Shown here: positions 51,109-59,917 of the stretch, one piece after another
How the letters are laid out: each line of letters opens with the position of its first letter
Numbering within the stretch: position 1 is the first letter of the stretch
Program-made: the position numbers and the translations under genes
Assembly (NCBI GenBank): GCA_964022095.1
Contig: CAXHZO010000012.1
Span: 14,424 to 78,423 of the forward strand
Length of the DNA: 64,000 nucleotides
Origin: an uncultured Arcobacteraceae bacterium
GTDB taxonomy: Bacteria > Campylobacterota > Campylobacteria > Campylobacterales > Arcobacteraceae
Reading direction: 5' to 3'
The notes under the pieces: model-generated
What the model was told of the DNA's origin: nothing
What the model saw: the letters and a program-made list of their open reading frames with translations, nothing else
Databases searched by the model: none

Positions 51109-52655
51109 TAGAACAACTATCAACAGCTTATAAATGTCATAGTGCAATTGGAAATAGTATTGATTTAAAAGAGATGATTTCTGAGGTTTTAAGGGCTTTT
51201 GTTAGTGAGTCTTATGCAATTTATGGGGAGTTTTATTTAATAAAAGGTGATGATTCTTTAGAAAAAATCACTTCAATTGGCAAGTTAAAAGATTTTGATG
51301 CATCAGATTATACAAATTATGTAGAAAAAATAAATTATGTTGAAACCAAAACAACAAATGTAATTAAAATGTTTTTAGATCATGGAATTTTATTTTTGGC
51401 TTCAAAAAATAAAAGTGCTGATTGTTCATTTTTTTATTCTATGTTTGAAAGTTTAATGCCAAAACTTAACTTAAGTATTGAAGCATGTATAAACTATGAT
51501 AAGTTACTAGTATCTTATGATTTAGTAAAAAAACAGAAACTAGAATTACAAAAAGCAAACAAAACAAAAGATGAATTTTTGGCAAATATGAGTCATGAGT
51601 TAAAAACTCCTTTAAACTCTATTCTTTTAATTTCTACAATTATGTCAAAAAACAAAGAAAAGAAATATGATGAAAAAACTATAAAAAATATGAATATCAT
51701 TAAGAAGTGTTCAATTGAATTAATGGAATTAATTAATGATATCTTAGATATTTCACAAATAGAAGCTGGGAAGATAAGTATACATAATGAACCAATGAAT
51801 CTAAATACAATAGCAAATGATTTATATGATTCAATGGAAGAGATATGTTTAAACAAAGGCATAAAGCTTATAAAAAATATTAAAGGTAATGATTTTTCTA
51901 TAAATTCTGATATTAAAAGAATTAATCAAATTACAAAAAATCTAATTAGTAATGCAATAAAATTTACATCTAAAGGCAGTGTAACTATCTCACTTGAAGA
52001 ATTTGAAGATAAATTTAATTTATCAATAATTGATACAGGGATTGGAATGGAAGCTGATAACTTAGAACAAATATTTGATAGGTTCAAACAAGCAGATGGT
52101 ACTACAACTAGAAAATATGGTGGCACAGGTTTAGGCTTATCTATTTCAAAAGAACTTTCAAATTTAATTGGTGGAAATATCTTTGTTAAAAGTAAAAAAG
52201 GTGAGGGAAGTACTTTTATTTTTGAAATACCTAAAAAACCAAAAGACGTAAAATTAAAATCATCTACTGAGAGTTTAATTATAGATATTCAAGATGAATT
52301 AAAAACACAAACTCCAAAAGAGATATTTTTATTACATAGTGATGCAATTGAGCAGTTTAAATTAGCAGTCCAATTAAAAAAACTAAATTATGAGGTAATA
52401 TCTGTAATTAATCATGATAATTATATAAAAGATTTAGAGAAATTAAATTCTGAAGATTTTATAGCTATTTTAGATGAAAGATTAGTATATTTTGATGAAA
52501 TCTTGAAAAAAATAAAAGATTATAATAATAAAAATACTATAATAATAACAAAAGAAAAAGAAAAATGTAACTATGATGGAGATTATTACTTCTACTTTAA
52601 AGATAATAATAATGAATTAATGAGCAAAATAGAGCTTTTGAAAGAAGGTAAATAA
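51102..52655 (+). CDS. Soluble sensor histidine kinase with degenerate C-terminal receiver-like region
   Basis: FLANMSHELKTPLN, NLISNAIKFT, DTGIG, GGTGLGLSI; ATG 51102 overlaps the FIST stop. Confidence 0.9.
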   Translation: MLVEQLSTAYKCHSAIGNSIDLKEMISEVLRAFVSESYAIYGEFYLIKGDDSLEKITSIGKLKDFDASDYTNYVEKINYVETKTTNVIKMFLDHGILFLASKNKSADCSFFYSMFESLMPKLNLSIEACINYDKLLVSYDLVKKQKLELQKANKTKDEFLANMSHELKTPLNSILLISTIMSKNKEKKYDEKTIKNMNIIKKCSIELMELINDILDISQIEAGKISIHNEPMNLNTIANDLYDSMEEICLNKGIKLIKNIKGNDFSINSDIKRINQITKNLISNAIKFTSKGSVTISLEEFEDKFNLSIIDTGIGMEADNLEQIFDRFKQADGTTTRKYGGTGLGLSISKELSNLIGGNIFVKSKKGEGSTFIFEIPKKPKDVKLKSSTESLIIDIQDELKTQTPKEIFLLHSDAIEQFKLAVQLKKLNYEVISVINHDNYIKDLEKLNSEDFIAILDERLVYFDEILKKIKDYNNKNTIIITKEKEKCNYDGDYYFYFKDNNNELMSKIELLKEGK

Positions 52656-53770
52656 TGAATGATAAATTTAATATATTAGTTGTTGATGATATTGAAGAAA
52701 ATATCTATACTTTAGAATTATTGATAAAAGATAATTTTGATGTAAACATATATACAGCTATAAGTGCAAGTGATGCGATGAAAATTCTTCTTGAAAACCA
52801 TATTGATTTGATTTTAAGTGATGTTCAAATGCCAAATATTAATGGCTTTGAGTTTGCTCAATATCTAAAAGATGTAGAAGTTACTAAAAATATACCAATA
52901 ATTTTTATTACAGGTATTTTCGATAAAGATGAATATAAAACAAAAGGTTATGATGTTGGTGCTATTGAATATATTACTAAACCGATTGATAATGAATTAT
53001 TAATTTCTAAATTAAAAATTTATATTGATATATATAATAGATTAAGATTAAAAAACTCAGAGTTAGATAGATCAAATAATCTCTTAATACAAAGTAGTAA
53101 AATGGCAAGTGTTGGAGAACTTATGGGTGTAATTTCACATCAATTAAAACAACCATTAAATCTATTGTCATTATATTGTGATGATGCACATTATACATAC
53201 AAAACAGAAGAATTGACTGATGAGTATATGCAAGATTTTAAAGACAATACAAAAGATCAAATAGTATATATGACAAAAACAATTAATGGCTTTTTAGATT
53301 TCTTTAACCCTCACAAAAATAAACAGATGTTTACAATTGATAATGCAATACAAAATTCAATAAAACTTTTAAAAGGTAAATTGGATTCTACAAATACAAA
53401 AATTGATTGTGATATTGATGAGTCTTTAAATTGTTATGGTGTTGAGATGGAACTTTCACAAATAGTTCTAAACATAGTAAATAACGCTTTAGATGTTTTA
53501 AAAGATAGAAAAATAAAAGAGCCAGAATTATTAATTAAAAGTTATAAAAGTGGTGATAAAATAGTATTAATAATTGAAGATAACGCAGGTGGAGTTGAAA
53601 ATAATCAAATAAGTAAACTCTTTGATGCTTATTATAGTACGAAGGAAGAAGGTACTGGAATAGGTCTTTATATGGTTAGAATGATTGTTGAAAATAGTTT
53701 TCTAGGAACAATTGAGGCTAAAAATTCTAAAAAAGGTTTAAAATTTATAATTTTTTTGAATAATTATTAA
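52655..53770 (+). CDS. Receiver-histidine kinase hybrid (REC-HisKA-HATPase)
   Basis: ILVVDD, LSDVQMP, YITKP; ISHQLKQPL, EDNAGG, GTGIGL. Confidence 0.9.
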   Translation: MNDKFNILVVDDIEENIYTLELLIKDNFDVNIYTAISASDAMKILLENHIDLILSDVQMPNINGFEFAQYLKDVEVTKNIPIIFITGIFDKDEYKTKGYDVGAIEYITKPIDNELLISKLKIYIDIYNRLRLKNSELDRSNNLLIQSSKMASVGELMGVISHQLKQPLNLLSLYCDDAHYTYKTEELTDEYMQDFKDNTKDQIVYMTKTINGFLDFFNPHKNKQMFTIDNAIQNSIKLLKGKLDSTNTKIDCDIDESLNCYGVEMELSQIVLNIVNNALDVLKDRKIKEPELLIKSYKSGDKIVLIIEDNAGGVENNQISKLFDAYYSTKEEGTGIGLYMVRMIVENSFLGTIEAKNSKKGLKFIIFLNNY

Positions 53771-53805
53771 AATGATACTTTTCTAATACTATATCTTTAT
53801 ATAAT
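53769..53805 (+). promoter_or_regulatory. Promoter with tandem ATACT box (copy 2)
   Basis: AAAATGATACT-tttcta-ATACT-atatcttta-TATAAT. Confidence 0.7.
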
Positions 53806-53831
53806 TTCTATAAAGATATAGGAGGTGTAAC

Positions 53832-54524
53832 ATGAATAGTATTTTTATAGATATAAATAACAATATTGCTATGAAGTCTTTACTTGTTATTAGTGATGAC
53901 ATAAATTTTGTTCAAAAAATTAAAGAGAATCTAGATTCTAATTTTAGTATTTCATTTTTTAATGAAAGTAAATTTCAATTATTAAGTAATATAATTAATA
54001 GTTTTGATGTAATAATATTTGATAATGATAAAAAAAATCTAGAGACCTTTATTGAGAGTTTTAAAGATATTAATTCTTACGATATAAACATACCTTTAAT
54101 TGTTTTAGAATCTAAAATAAATAAAGATAATTCATTATACAAATATGCTAATGTTTTTTTAGTGTTAAAAAAACCTATAGAAATAGCTTTAATAAAAACT
54201 AATATTGATTTGTGTTTAAACTTTATAGATTCAAATAAGAAAAAGCAGTTTGAAGAAGGTTTTTATTTTGATATAAATAGAGAGTTACTATTTAAAGGGA
54301 AAGATCTAATAAAACTTACTAAAACAGAAAGAAAGCTAGTAAAGTTATTAGCTCAAAATGTAAATGTCTTAGTAACTTATGAGGAGATATCACAAAATGT
54401 ATGGAAGGGTAAAAACTTTTCTATTTATTCTTTAAGAAATGTTGTAAAGCATATTAGAGAAAAAACTAGTGAAACATTTTTGAAAAATTCTTCAAATAGA
54501 GGCTATATAATAAATACTATTTAG
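53832..54524 (+). CDS. OmpR-family regulator with atypical receiver domain
   Basis: wHTH LTKTERKLV...SLRNVVKHIR...RGY; divergent REC (VISDD, IIFD, KKP). Confidence 0.8.
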   Translation: MNSIFIDINNNIAMKSLLVISDDINFVQKIKENLDSNFSISFFNESKFQLLSNIINSFDVIIFDNDKKNLETFIESFKDINSYDINIPLIVLESKINKDNSLYKYANVFLVLKKPIEIALIKTNIDLCLNFIDSNKKKQFEEGFYFDINRELLFKGKDLIKLTKTERKLVKLLAQNVNVLVTYEEISQNVWKGKNFSIYSLRNVVKHIREKTSETFLKNSSNRGYIINTI

Positions 54525-54545
54525 TATTTATTATATAAAAAAGGC

Positions 54546-55820
54546 TTATTTAAAAAAGCCTTTTTTTGATCCATCGTCTTTTTGTTTTTCTAAATCACTA
54601 ATAATATCTTCAAGATTAGAAACTTTATCTTGTAATCTTGTTTCATCATTTTTATATAAATTTATTGTATTTTTATTGTGTTCAACTATATCAGTTAATT
54701 TTTCAATTTTTTCTAATAATTTATTTTTATCTTGTTTTAGATGAGTTATTGAACTAAGCATATTTTCTATTTCTGCATTTTTTTGTTTTACAAGGTTTAA
54801 TTTACCTTGATTATTATTCAGTTGACTTTTCTCATATGATTCTAATTGTGTTAAAAGTACTTTTTTATCTTCTGTTATTTTGTTGATTTGGATATTTAAT
54901 GAGTTGATATGTTTATTTAATTCTAGAATTTCTTTATGGCTTTTTTTATTATCTTCTGAAATTGAGTAAGCTTTTTTCTTAAATTGAACAATATTTTGAA
55001 TAATCTTTTTATTTAACTCTTTTTTCTCTTTCTCTTCATCTGTAACTTGATACCTAATAGCAAGATACTCCAGGACATTTTTGTGAGTTGAATCAAAAAT
55101 AGGCATATATATAGTTTTTAAATATATAGTTTCTTTTTCATTATTTATTGATTTTAAAGTACCTTCCCAAGTTTTACCTTCTTTGAAACAATGTTCTATT
55201 TCAGAAAGTAATTCACTATTTGTTGCTGGATCGATTATTGATTTAAAATCTTGATTTATTATTTCATCTTTTTGTTTTCCTAATAAATCGCAGAAAATAT
55301 CATTTATATATGTAATCTTATTATCTGCATTAATTCTTGTTACAAAAGTTATTTGCTCAATTGTTTTTAAGTAAATTTCTAGTTCAGTTTGTTTTTGAAT
55401 TAAACTTGATTTCAAGTAGATTTTTTCACATGTTTTAAAAACTACATTTGTCATTGTTTCCATATCTAATGGCTTTATTAAGTAATTTACAACACCAAGT
55501 TCTATGGCTTTTAATAAAACATTTGATTCATTTCTTGCTGTAACAAAGATTACAGGAACTTCATTATCAAGCTCTCTAATCTTTTCTATCATTTCTAATC
55601 CATCCATTTTTGGCATATTAATATCACTTATTACTAAATCATAATGTTCATTTGCCATATGTTTCTTTTGAAACTGTAAGTATCCTTCTAATCCATTTTC
55701 ACAAGATTCGACACTGTTAAATAGTCTTTTGAAAATTTTTTGAGATATCTCTCTTGCTTGAACTTCATCTTCAACATATAATACATTTAAACTTTTAATA
55801 AATTCCCTTAATTTTTCCAT
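54546..55820 (-). CDS. Response regulator REC-PAS-coiled coil
   Basis: VLYVEDE, ISDINMPKMDG, YLIKP; PAS ITYINDIFC...WEGTLK; long K/E/N-rich helical tail. Confidence 0.85.
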   Translation of the reverse strand: MEKLREFIKSLNVLYVEDEVQAREISQKIFKRLFNSVESCENGLEGYLQFQKKHMANEHYDLVISDINMPKMDGLEMIEKIRELDNEVPVIFVTARNESNVLLKAIELGVVNYLIKPLDMETMTNVVFKTCEKIYLKSSLIQKQTELEIYLKTIEQITFVTRINADNKITYINDIFCDLLGKQKDEIINQDFKSIIDPATNSELLSEIEHCFKEGKTWEGTLKSINNEKETIYLKTIYMPIFDSTHKNVLEYLAIRYQVTDEEKEKKELNKKIIQNIVQFKKKAYSISEDNKKSHKEILELNKHINSLNIQINKITEDKKVLLTQLESYEKSQLNNNQGKLNLVKQKNAEIENMLSSITHLKQDKNKLLEKIEKLTDIVEHNKNTINLYKNDETRLQDKVSNLEDIISDLEKQKDDGSKKGFFK

Positions 55821-55821
55821 T

Positions 55822-56550
55822 TTAACTCTTTTTATTAATATTAATTTTGTAACCTAATCCATAAACATTTTCTATGTTTAAAGAAGGGTATTTCTTTTTC
55901 AATCTAGATATAAGATTTTTTAAGTTTGCTAAATAGTCTCTACTATCATAAGTCTCATCCCATAATTCTGCAATAATTTCATCAATTGTAAATATTTTTT
56001 TAGAATCTTTTAATAGTAAATTTAAAAGAAGTAACTCTTTTTTTGTTAGTTTTACTTCTTTATTAAATTGTAATAAAGATTTGCTATTGATATTCCATGT
56101 AAAATCATTTCCCAGATTTACTATTGATTCATTATTTGTTTTTAAATAAAAATCATACTCTTTTTTTATGGTATGTTCAATAACTTCTAATAAATTATCT
56201 AAGTCTATAGGCTTTAAAATATAGTTATCAATATCTAATTGAATAGCTTTAAGCATTTTATCTGGTTCACTTCTAGCTGTAAGAAATATAAAAGGAATAT
56301 CATTATTTTGATTTCTTATTTTTTCTAGAAACTCTAGGCCATTCATTTTAGGCATGTTTATATCACTAATGATTAGATTTATTTTCTCATTAGTATTTTC
56401 AATAAAACTATATGCTTCTTCACCATCTGGTGCTGTTATTACTTTATTGAAGAATTTTTCTAGTATTGATTGCAATTTTTTTGAAGTAGATTTATCATCT
56501 TCAATATAAAGTATGTTAACTGTTTTTTTGTATTCATTTAAAGTTTTCAT
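55822..56550 (-). CDS. OmpR-family response regulator
   Basis: ILYIEDD, ISDINMP, YILKP; LTKKE...LKNLISRLKKK...NVYGLGY. Confidence 0.92.
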   Translation of the reverse strand: MKTLNEYKKTVNILYIEDDKSTSKKLQSILEKFFNKVITAPDGEEAYSFIENTNEKINLIISDINMPKMNGLEFLEKIRNQNNDIPFIFLTARSEPDKMLKAIQLDIDNYILKPIDLDNLLEVIEHTIKKEYDFYLKTNNESIVNLGNDFTWNINSKSLLQFNKEVKLTKKELLLLNLLLKDSKKIFTIDEIIAELWDETYDSRDYLANLKNLISRLKKKYPSLNIENVYGLGYKININKKS

Positions 56551-56555
56551 ACTTT

Positions 56556-56592
56556 ATTATAGCATTAAAAAGTATAAAAAAAGTATCATTTT
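56556..56592 (-). promoter_or_regulatory. Promoter with tandem ATACT box (copy 3), probably leaderless
   Basis: Minus strand AAAATGATACT-tttttt-ATACT-ttttaatgc-TATAAT, then 5 nt to the ATG. Confidence 0.7.
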
Positions 56593-56705
56593 TTAAAAAA
56601 TAACAATTATATGGCCTTAAAATTATAATTAAATTCCTTTGCTAGTATTGATTTTATTGATATTTTTAATAAATTATTTTAATTAAATAACCACTTAAAT
56701 AATAA

Positions 56706-57614
56706 TTATAAATCTAAATTACCAAGCAACTCTGAACTAAGTAGAGCTGATTCTAAATTATTGTAGTTAAAGTAATCTCCACAGATTCCAAGATTTTTTG
56801 ATTTATTTATATAGTATGGAATATCAAGTGAAGTTTTGGCAAAAGCATACTTCCACAAGTGAGGAATGATTGTAAAGCTTTCTAATTCATTTTTTAGTTT
56901 ATCATCAAATGTAGCTAAAAATTTAATTTTTAGCTGCTCTTTTGATAAGTCATTAAACTTATTTGCCCAATGTTTTTTAGAATGAATCACGTAAGAGTTA
57001 AAATCTTTATATAGATATTTTTTAGAGTTATCAACTATATTTTCAATATTTTCATTTTTATAAAACTTTGATATGTTTTGTATTTTATTATCATTTGAGT
57101 GAAGTATTAAAGAAAATACAGAATCATATGAAACAGCTTGTAGTTGTGATTTTATATCATCATCTAAAGATATATCCATTTGTAAGATTTGTGTTGCAGG
57201 AATTGTTAAAAAAAGTTTGTCAAAACCTTTATAAGTGTTTTCATTTTCATCTTTTAAATGCCATTTATTATCTATTTGTTTAGCACTTGTAATTTTTGTA
57301 TTTGTTTTTAAATCTTCACTATTTATTAAGAATTTACAGATTTTATTTATACCGCTTTTAGGGAAGAACTCATCATATCTAGCTTTTAAGACACCATTTT
57401 TAGCTAAATCTAAACAAAACTCTTTTAAATCACCTGTTATTGGTTGCAATCTTGAGGTCCCATGGTCAATAAATTTATCATCTATATACTTAGTACTAAG
57501 TCTGCCTCCAACTCCCCTTGATTTTTCAAAAATTGTTATATCATCATACTTTAACTCTAAATTATTATAAAGATTACATCCACTAAAACCAGCACCAATA
57601 ATTGCTATTTTCAT
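56706..57614 (-). CDS. Renalase-like NAD(P)/FAD-dependent oxidoreductase
   Basis: IAIIGAGFSG, FEKSRGVGGRLST, IDHG, HLWKYA, ICGDY. Confidence 0.85.
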   Translation of the reverse strand: MKIAIIGAGFSGCNLYNNLELKYDDITIFEKSRGVGGRLSTKYIDDKFIDHGTSRLQPITGDLKEFCLDLAKNGVLKARYDEFFPKSGINKICKFLINSEDLKTNTKITSAKQIDNKWHLKDENENTYKGFDKLFLTIPATQILQMDISLDDDIKSQLQAVSYDSVFSLILHSNDNKIQNISKFYKNENIENIVDNSKKYLYKDFNSYVIHSKKHWANKFNDLSKEQLKIKFLATFDDKLKNELESFTIIPHLWKYAFAKTSLDIPYYINKSKNLGICGDYFNYNNLESALLSSELLGNLDL

Positions 57615-57622
57615 TGTTTCCC

Positions 57623-59122
57623 TTACTTTCTATACACTAATCTAATTATTGCTAAAACAAAGATTCCTAAAGATATCTCTTTTAAATCTTTATCATATAA
57701 AAGTGTAAATATTGAAATAAAAATCAGCCCTAATGATAAAATAATAGGTCTAATAAAATCTTTAATCTCTTTTGCAATCCATTGTAATTGGTTATTAGAT
57801 ATTTCAATCTTTAACTCACCTTTGTTGGCTTGTTTTATTACTGATTTTAAATCCTTTACAATAAATGGAATATCTTTTATTTCATCAATTATTGTCTCTT
57901 TTATACTCTCTTTTGCTCCAAGCGCTCTTGGTAGATTATCTTGTAATATTGGTAAGATATCTTTTACACCATTGAAGTTTTCAATATATGTTGTTCCAAG
58001 ACCTTCAATAATTGCACTAACTCTTAATATATAAATAGCATCACTAGGAAGCTTAAAAGGCATATTTCTTGTACCTTCAAGTACATCAAAAGCAAGTTCT
58101 TGCATTGACTCACTATCTAAGTTGTCATTTGAAAAAATCTCAAACATCTTTTCAGTAAATTCTGCAAGTTCATTTGTAGGAGCTTCATAAGCAATAGTTC
58201 CTAATCTTTTTGAAGCACTAATATATAATTCATAGTCTCTTTCATTAGCAGCTTTAATTAACTCAATAATTGCAATTCTAATATCATTTGGCACTGTTTT
58301 AACCATACCAAAATCTAGAAAAATAATATCTCCATCTTTTGATATTAGAATATTGCCAGGGTGTGGATCAGCATGAAAATATCCATTTATAAGCATTTGA
58401 GTTGTATAAAAGTTTACTAAAGTAGCAATAACTTTTTTGAAATCAATATTATGTTTAAAAATACTTTCTTTATCATCAAATCTAAAACCCTCTTCAAAGC
58501 TCATTACAATTGCATCATCACAACAAAGTTCAGAATATGCAGTTGGAAATTTTATATTTTCTTTTTCGTAGGCTTTTGAAAATTTATTTAAATTTTTCAA
58601 CTCTTGATTTAAACTAACTTCTTGTTTTATCATCACACTAAATTCACTAATTACAGCCTCAATAGAGTTTTTTGTGTAGTGAGAGAATAGAGGTTTGAAT
58701 ATATAATTAAAAGTATTTATGATTCTTATGTCTGCTAATACTTGATCTTTAATATCTTTTCTTCTCAGTTTAACTGCAACTTTTGTATTATCATTTAAAT
58801 AAGCAACATGAACTTGACCAATAGAAGCACAAGCTATTGGTTCTTCATTGAAACTAGAAAATGGATTTTGTTTAAATGAAATATTAAATATCTCATCAAA
58901 ATCCTTTTTTGACATTTTTGGTAGTTGGTCATGAAGTTGTCTTAATTCATCTAAGTATTCTTGAGAAAAAAAATCTGCTCTTGTTGCTAATACTTGAGCA
59001 AGTTTTATAAAAGAAGCGCCCAAAAATGTAATAGTATCTTTAAGATCTTTTGGTTTTAAAGGCTTTAGTCCTAGGAAACTTTGTTTTCTTTTGATGACTA
59101 AATAAACAGTTAGTAAGAACAA
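57623..59122 (-). CDS. AarF/UbiB/ABC1 family atypical kinase (start probably further upstream)
   Basis: FIKLAQVLATRAD, ASIGQVH, VAVK, FHADPHPGN, LDFGM. Confidence 0.9.
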   Translation of the reverse strand: MFLLTVYLVIKRKQSFLGLKPLKPKDLKDTITFLGASFIKLAQVLATRADFFSQEYLDELRQLHDQLPKMSKKDFDEIFNISFKQNPFSSFNEEPIACASIGQVHVAYLNDNTKVAVKLRRKDIKDQVLADIRIINTFNYIFKPLFSHYTKNSIEAVISEFSVMIKQEVSLNQELKNLNKFSKAYEKENIKFPTAYSELCCDDAIVMSFEEGFRFDDKESIFKHNIDFKKVIATLVNFYTTQMLINGYFHADPHPGNILISKDGDIIFLDFGMVKTVPNDIRIAIIELIKAANERDYELYISASKRLGTIAYEAPTNELAEFTEKMFEIFSNDNLDSESMQELAFDVLEGTRNMPFKLPSDAIYILRVSAIIEGLGTTYIENFNGVKDILPILQDNLPRALGAKESIKETIIDEIKDIPFIVKDLKSVIKQANKGELKIEISNNQLQWIAKEIKDFIRPIILSLGLIFISIFTLLYDKDLKEISLGIFVLAIIRLVYRK

Positions 59123-59178
59123 AAAGACTTTTAATACTCTTTTTGGTGAGTAATACGTTAATTTTTTTAAAAAAGTAT

Positions 59179-59442
59179 TTATTTTAAATCCTCTTTTAAT
59201 TTTTCTATGTCATCTTTTGTCGCAACACCTAATTCATCTAAAATCTCTTTTATTGTTGATTTTAGTTCATCTTTAAACTTTTCATCACTTTCTTTGCCTT
59301 TTTTTTCAAGTGATTCTAAAAAGCTTTTTATGTCTTTTGAATCTAGTTTTCCATCATCTTCAAGTTTCTTTAATTCACTTTCTACTTTATCTTTCAGTAA
59401 TAGTGCTCCACCAAGACCTGTGTAAATAAACTCTTTTAACAT
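59179..59442 (-). CDS. Phasin-like small protein
   Basis: YTGLGGALL...LEDDGKL...LGVATKDDIEKL; directly upstream of the ABC1 kinase. Confidence 0.65.
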   Translation of the reverse strand: MLKEFIYTGLGGALLLKDKVESELKKLEDDGKLDSKDIKSFLESLEKKGKESDEKFKDELKSTIKEILDELGVATKDDIEKLKEDLK

Positions 59443-59509
59443 AATTTTTCCTTTTTTATTTATTATATGACTTTTTTATAATCTTTGGTAGTTAAAATAT
59501 GTCCTTTTA

Positions 59510-59791
59510 TTACCACGGACCTTGAAATCTAACTACTTTGTGAGATACTTTATTTTTATGCTTTGTTGTTCTTCCTTGAACCCTTTTTCTCCACCTTTTA
59601 TAAGCACTTTTAGATATTAAATCACGCATTTTATTTTTCACTTGATTTTCTGTTAGTCCATAAAGTTCATAAATAGTATCAAAAGTTGTTCTATCTTGCC
59701 AAGCCATTTCTATTAGTCGATTTAAATCACTCTCTTCAAAATCTACTTTCTTTTTTGGTTTATTACTTTTTTTTAATTTCTTGTAATACAT
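59510..59791 (-). CDS. TIGR03643 family protein
   Basis: RLIEMAWQDRTTFDTI...YKRWRKRVQGRTTKH; GGAG RBS before ATG 59791. Confidence 0.8.
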   Translation of the reverse strand: MYYKKLKKSNKPKKKVDFEESDLNRLIEMAWQDRTTFDTIYELYGLTENQVKNKMRDLISKSAYKRWRKRVQGRTTKHKNKVSHKVVRFQGPW

Positions 59792-59917
59792 TACTTCTCC
59801 TAATATAGGCAATATTTTATTATATGTAAAGAAACTTTCATACTAAAAAAATGTTCATTAAAAAATATTGTATATATATAATTATTTAGTTATAATTAAT
59901 TATTAGTGGGGAGATTA

